Positions 62,566 through 64,000 of a stretch of DNA of 64,000 nt are shown in pieces. Location: NCBI GenBank assembly GCA_030390025.1, contig CM059431.1, positions 111,850,001-111,914,000 of the forward strand, in the 5' to 3' direction. The notes below the pieces were generated by a model that saw nothing but the letters and a program-made list of their open reading frames with translations, searched no databases and was not told where the DNA came from. The position numbers were made by a program, and so were the translations under genes. Source of the stretch: Squalus acanthias. Taxonomy: Eukaryota. Position 1 is the stretch's first letter. Each line of letters begins with the position of its first letter.

Positions 62566-64000
62566 CAGCAGAGGCCTGGGTGCAATATGTGTCTTCCCCC
62601 ATGTTCTAGATTTGCAAATGTTATTTGCATAATGCGAAAACCTAAAAAGAAAGGTGGGTGGGAACTTTCTAAAAAGGGGTGAAGGTGAAAGGATAGTCTT
62701 CCCAAATCCAGACAGAATAATGTCCTCGGGTATGAATTTATATAGGTTAAGCATAAGAACTGAAAATTGATATTTGCATTTCAAGTCTTTCCTGAACAAA
62801 TTGGCCCAGAATTTGCTGTAAAAATAACAGTGAGTCTAACTGCATTCACCATGACTTATGCACAAATTGGACAGCGACTTCGGGCGCGCGCTGATGCGTG
62901 TTTAAACGCAAAAATTCTGGACGTTGCTGTCCGAGATGCAGCGTTCCGCCATTAGCTTCCCGAAAACAGCATCTCACCGTCTTGCTCCCCATTAAAATAC
63001 ATTGACTGTCATGAAGTTCCTGTACTGGCATCGTAGCTTCGACTAAACTCACCACAGAATGTTAGCGGTGTCCATTTAAGTTTAACTACCCTTTTAACGA
63101 TGTGGTAAGTCTTAATTACGGCCGGACAACCTCTCTGACACTGAAAATTAACTTTTACAAGTGTGGAGTCTCATTACTACAGCTTTTAATTGTTGGAGAT
63201 TTTTTTTTACTGTAATTTTTTTATTTTTTATTTTTCTTTGTCTCTCTCTCTCTTAATCCAATCTTTCTTCCCCTCTCTATTTTGCTCTCTGTACCTGATT
63301 TGACATTGAATTCACGATGCTAACTTACACTTCCTGGTTCAGATCCTGTGTTGCTCATTAACGATTCTTCAATCTTATTGGTTAAGAAGATACTCAGTTG
63401 CTTGTCCTGCTCACACAGATCCCAGGTGCCCTGTAGAGAGCGCCGCGCCGTTTTGCTCTCCCACTTGCAGCAACTTGGCGTGCAAAAGCTTACGGAAATT
63501 AAACGGGCAAGGGCAAGTCTAACTAACAGACCCCTAGTTCTAGAACCTCCAGCTGGGGGCAACAGCCTCTCAGCATCTACCCTGTCAAGCCCTCTAAGTT
63601 TCAATGAGATCTCCTCTCATTCTTCTAAACTCTAGAGAACCCATTCTACTCTCTCTCTCCTCATAGGACAACTCTCTCATCCCAGGAATCAATCTAGTGA
63701 ACCTCCTCTAAATCCTTCCTTGGGTAACGAGACCAAAACTGTACACAGTACTCCAGGTGTGGTCTCACCAAAGCCGTATATAATTGCAGCAAGACTTCCT
63801 TACACTTATACCCTTGTAAGGAAACTTAGCAGATGCCTTCTGAAAATCCATGTGTATGACGTCCATTGATCCGCATCTATTCATTAACTCTTGTCAAAGA
63901 AATCTGTTGGGACACTTTAACCTTTCTTTCTCTTTAAGCTGCAGACCAACCTTCTGTGCTTTTTCTGCTTTCATTTCTTATTTTTGTCATACTTCTGATG

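Overview
Eukaryotic vertebrate genomic DNA, very probably a cartilaginous fish (shark): it carries an HE1-type V-SINE, SacSINE1-type DeuSINEs, and dense CR1, L2 and Penelope repeats. Two spliced genes lie head-to-head with ATGs about 570 bp apart. (1) COMMD6, minus strand, complete: 7 coding exons (9658->2613), 615 nt, 204 aa, including a ~137 aa N-terminal region absent from the short human protein. (2) UCHL3, plus strand: coding exons 1-6 (10230->49331), including a 12-nt microexon and the catalytic-Cys exon; I did not find the remaining exons in the window. The shared promoter has a ~90 bp tandem duplication, each copy with an NF-kB-consensus site and a CCAAT box. The introns are mostly nested transposable elements, and most ORFs in the track are TE fragments or noise. 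The most notable non-coding signal is a set of Penelope-derived insertions, several with exact 12-15 bp target-site duplications (TSDs), that carry minimal hammerhead-ribozyme motifs. Copies with an intact CUGANGA box are antisense to the host gene, and the two sense copies have damaged cores. Gene and family names come from recalled sequence, not database searches; repeat boundaries are approximate unless a TSD is given.
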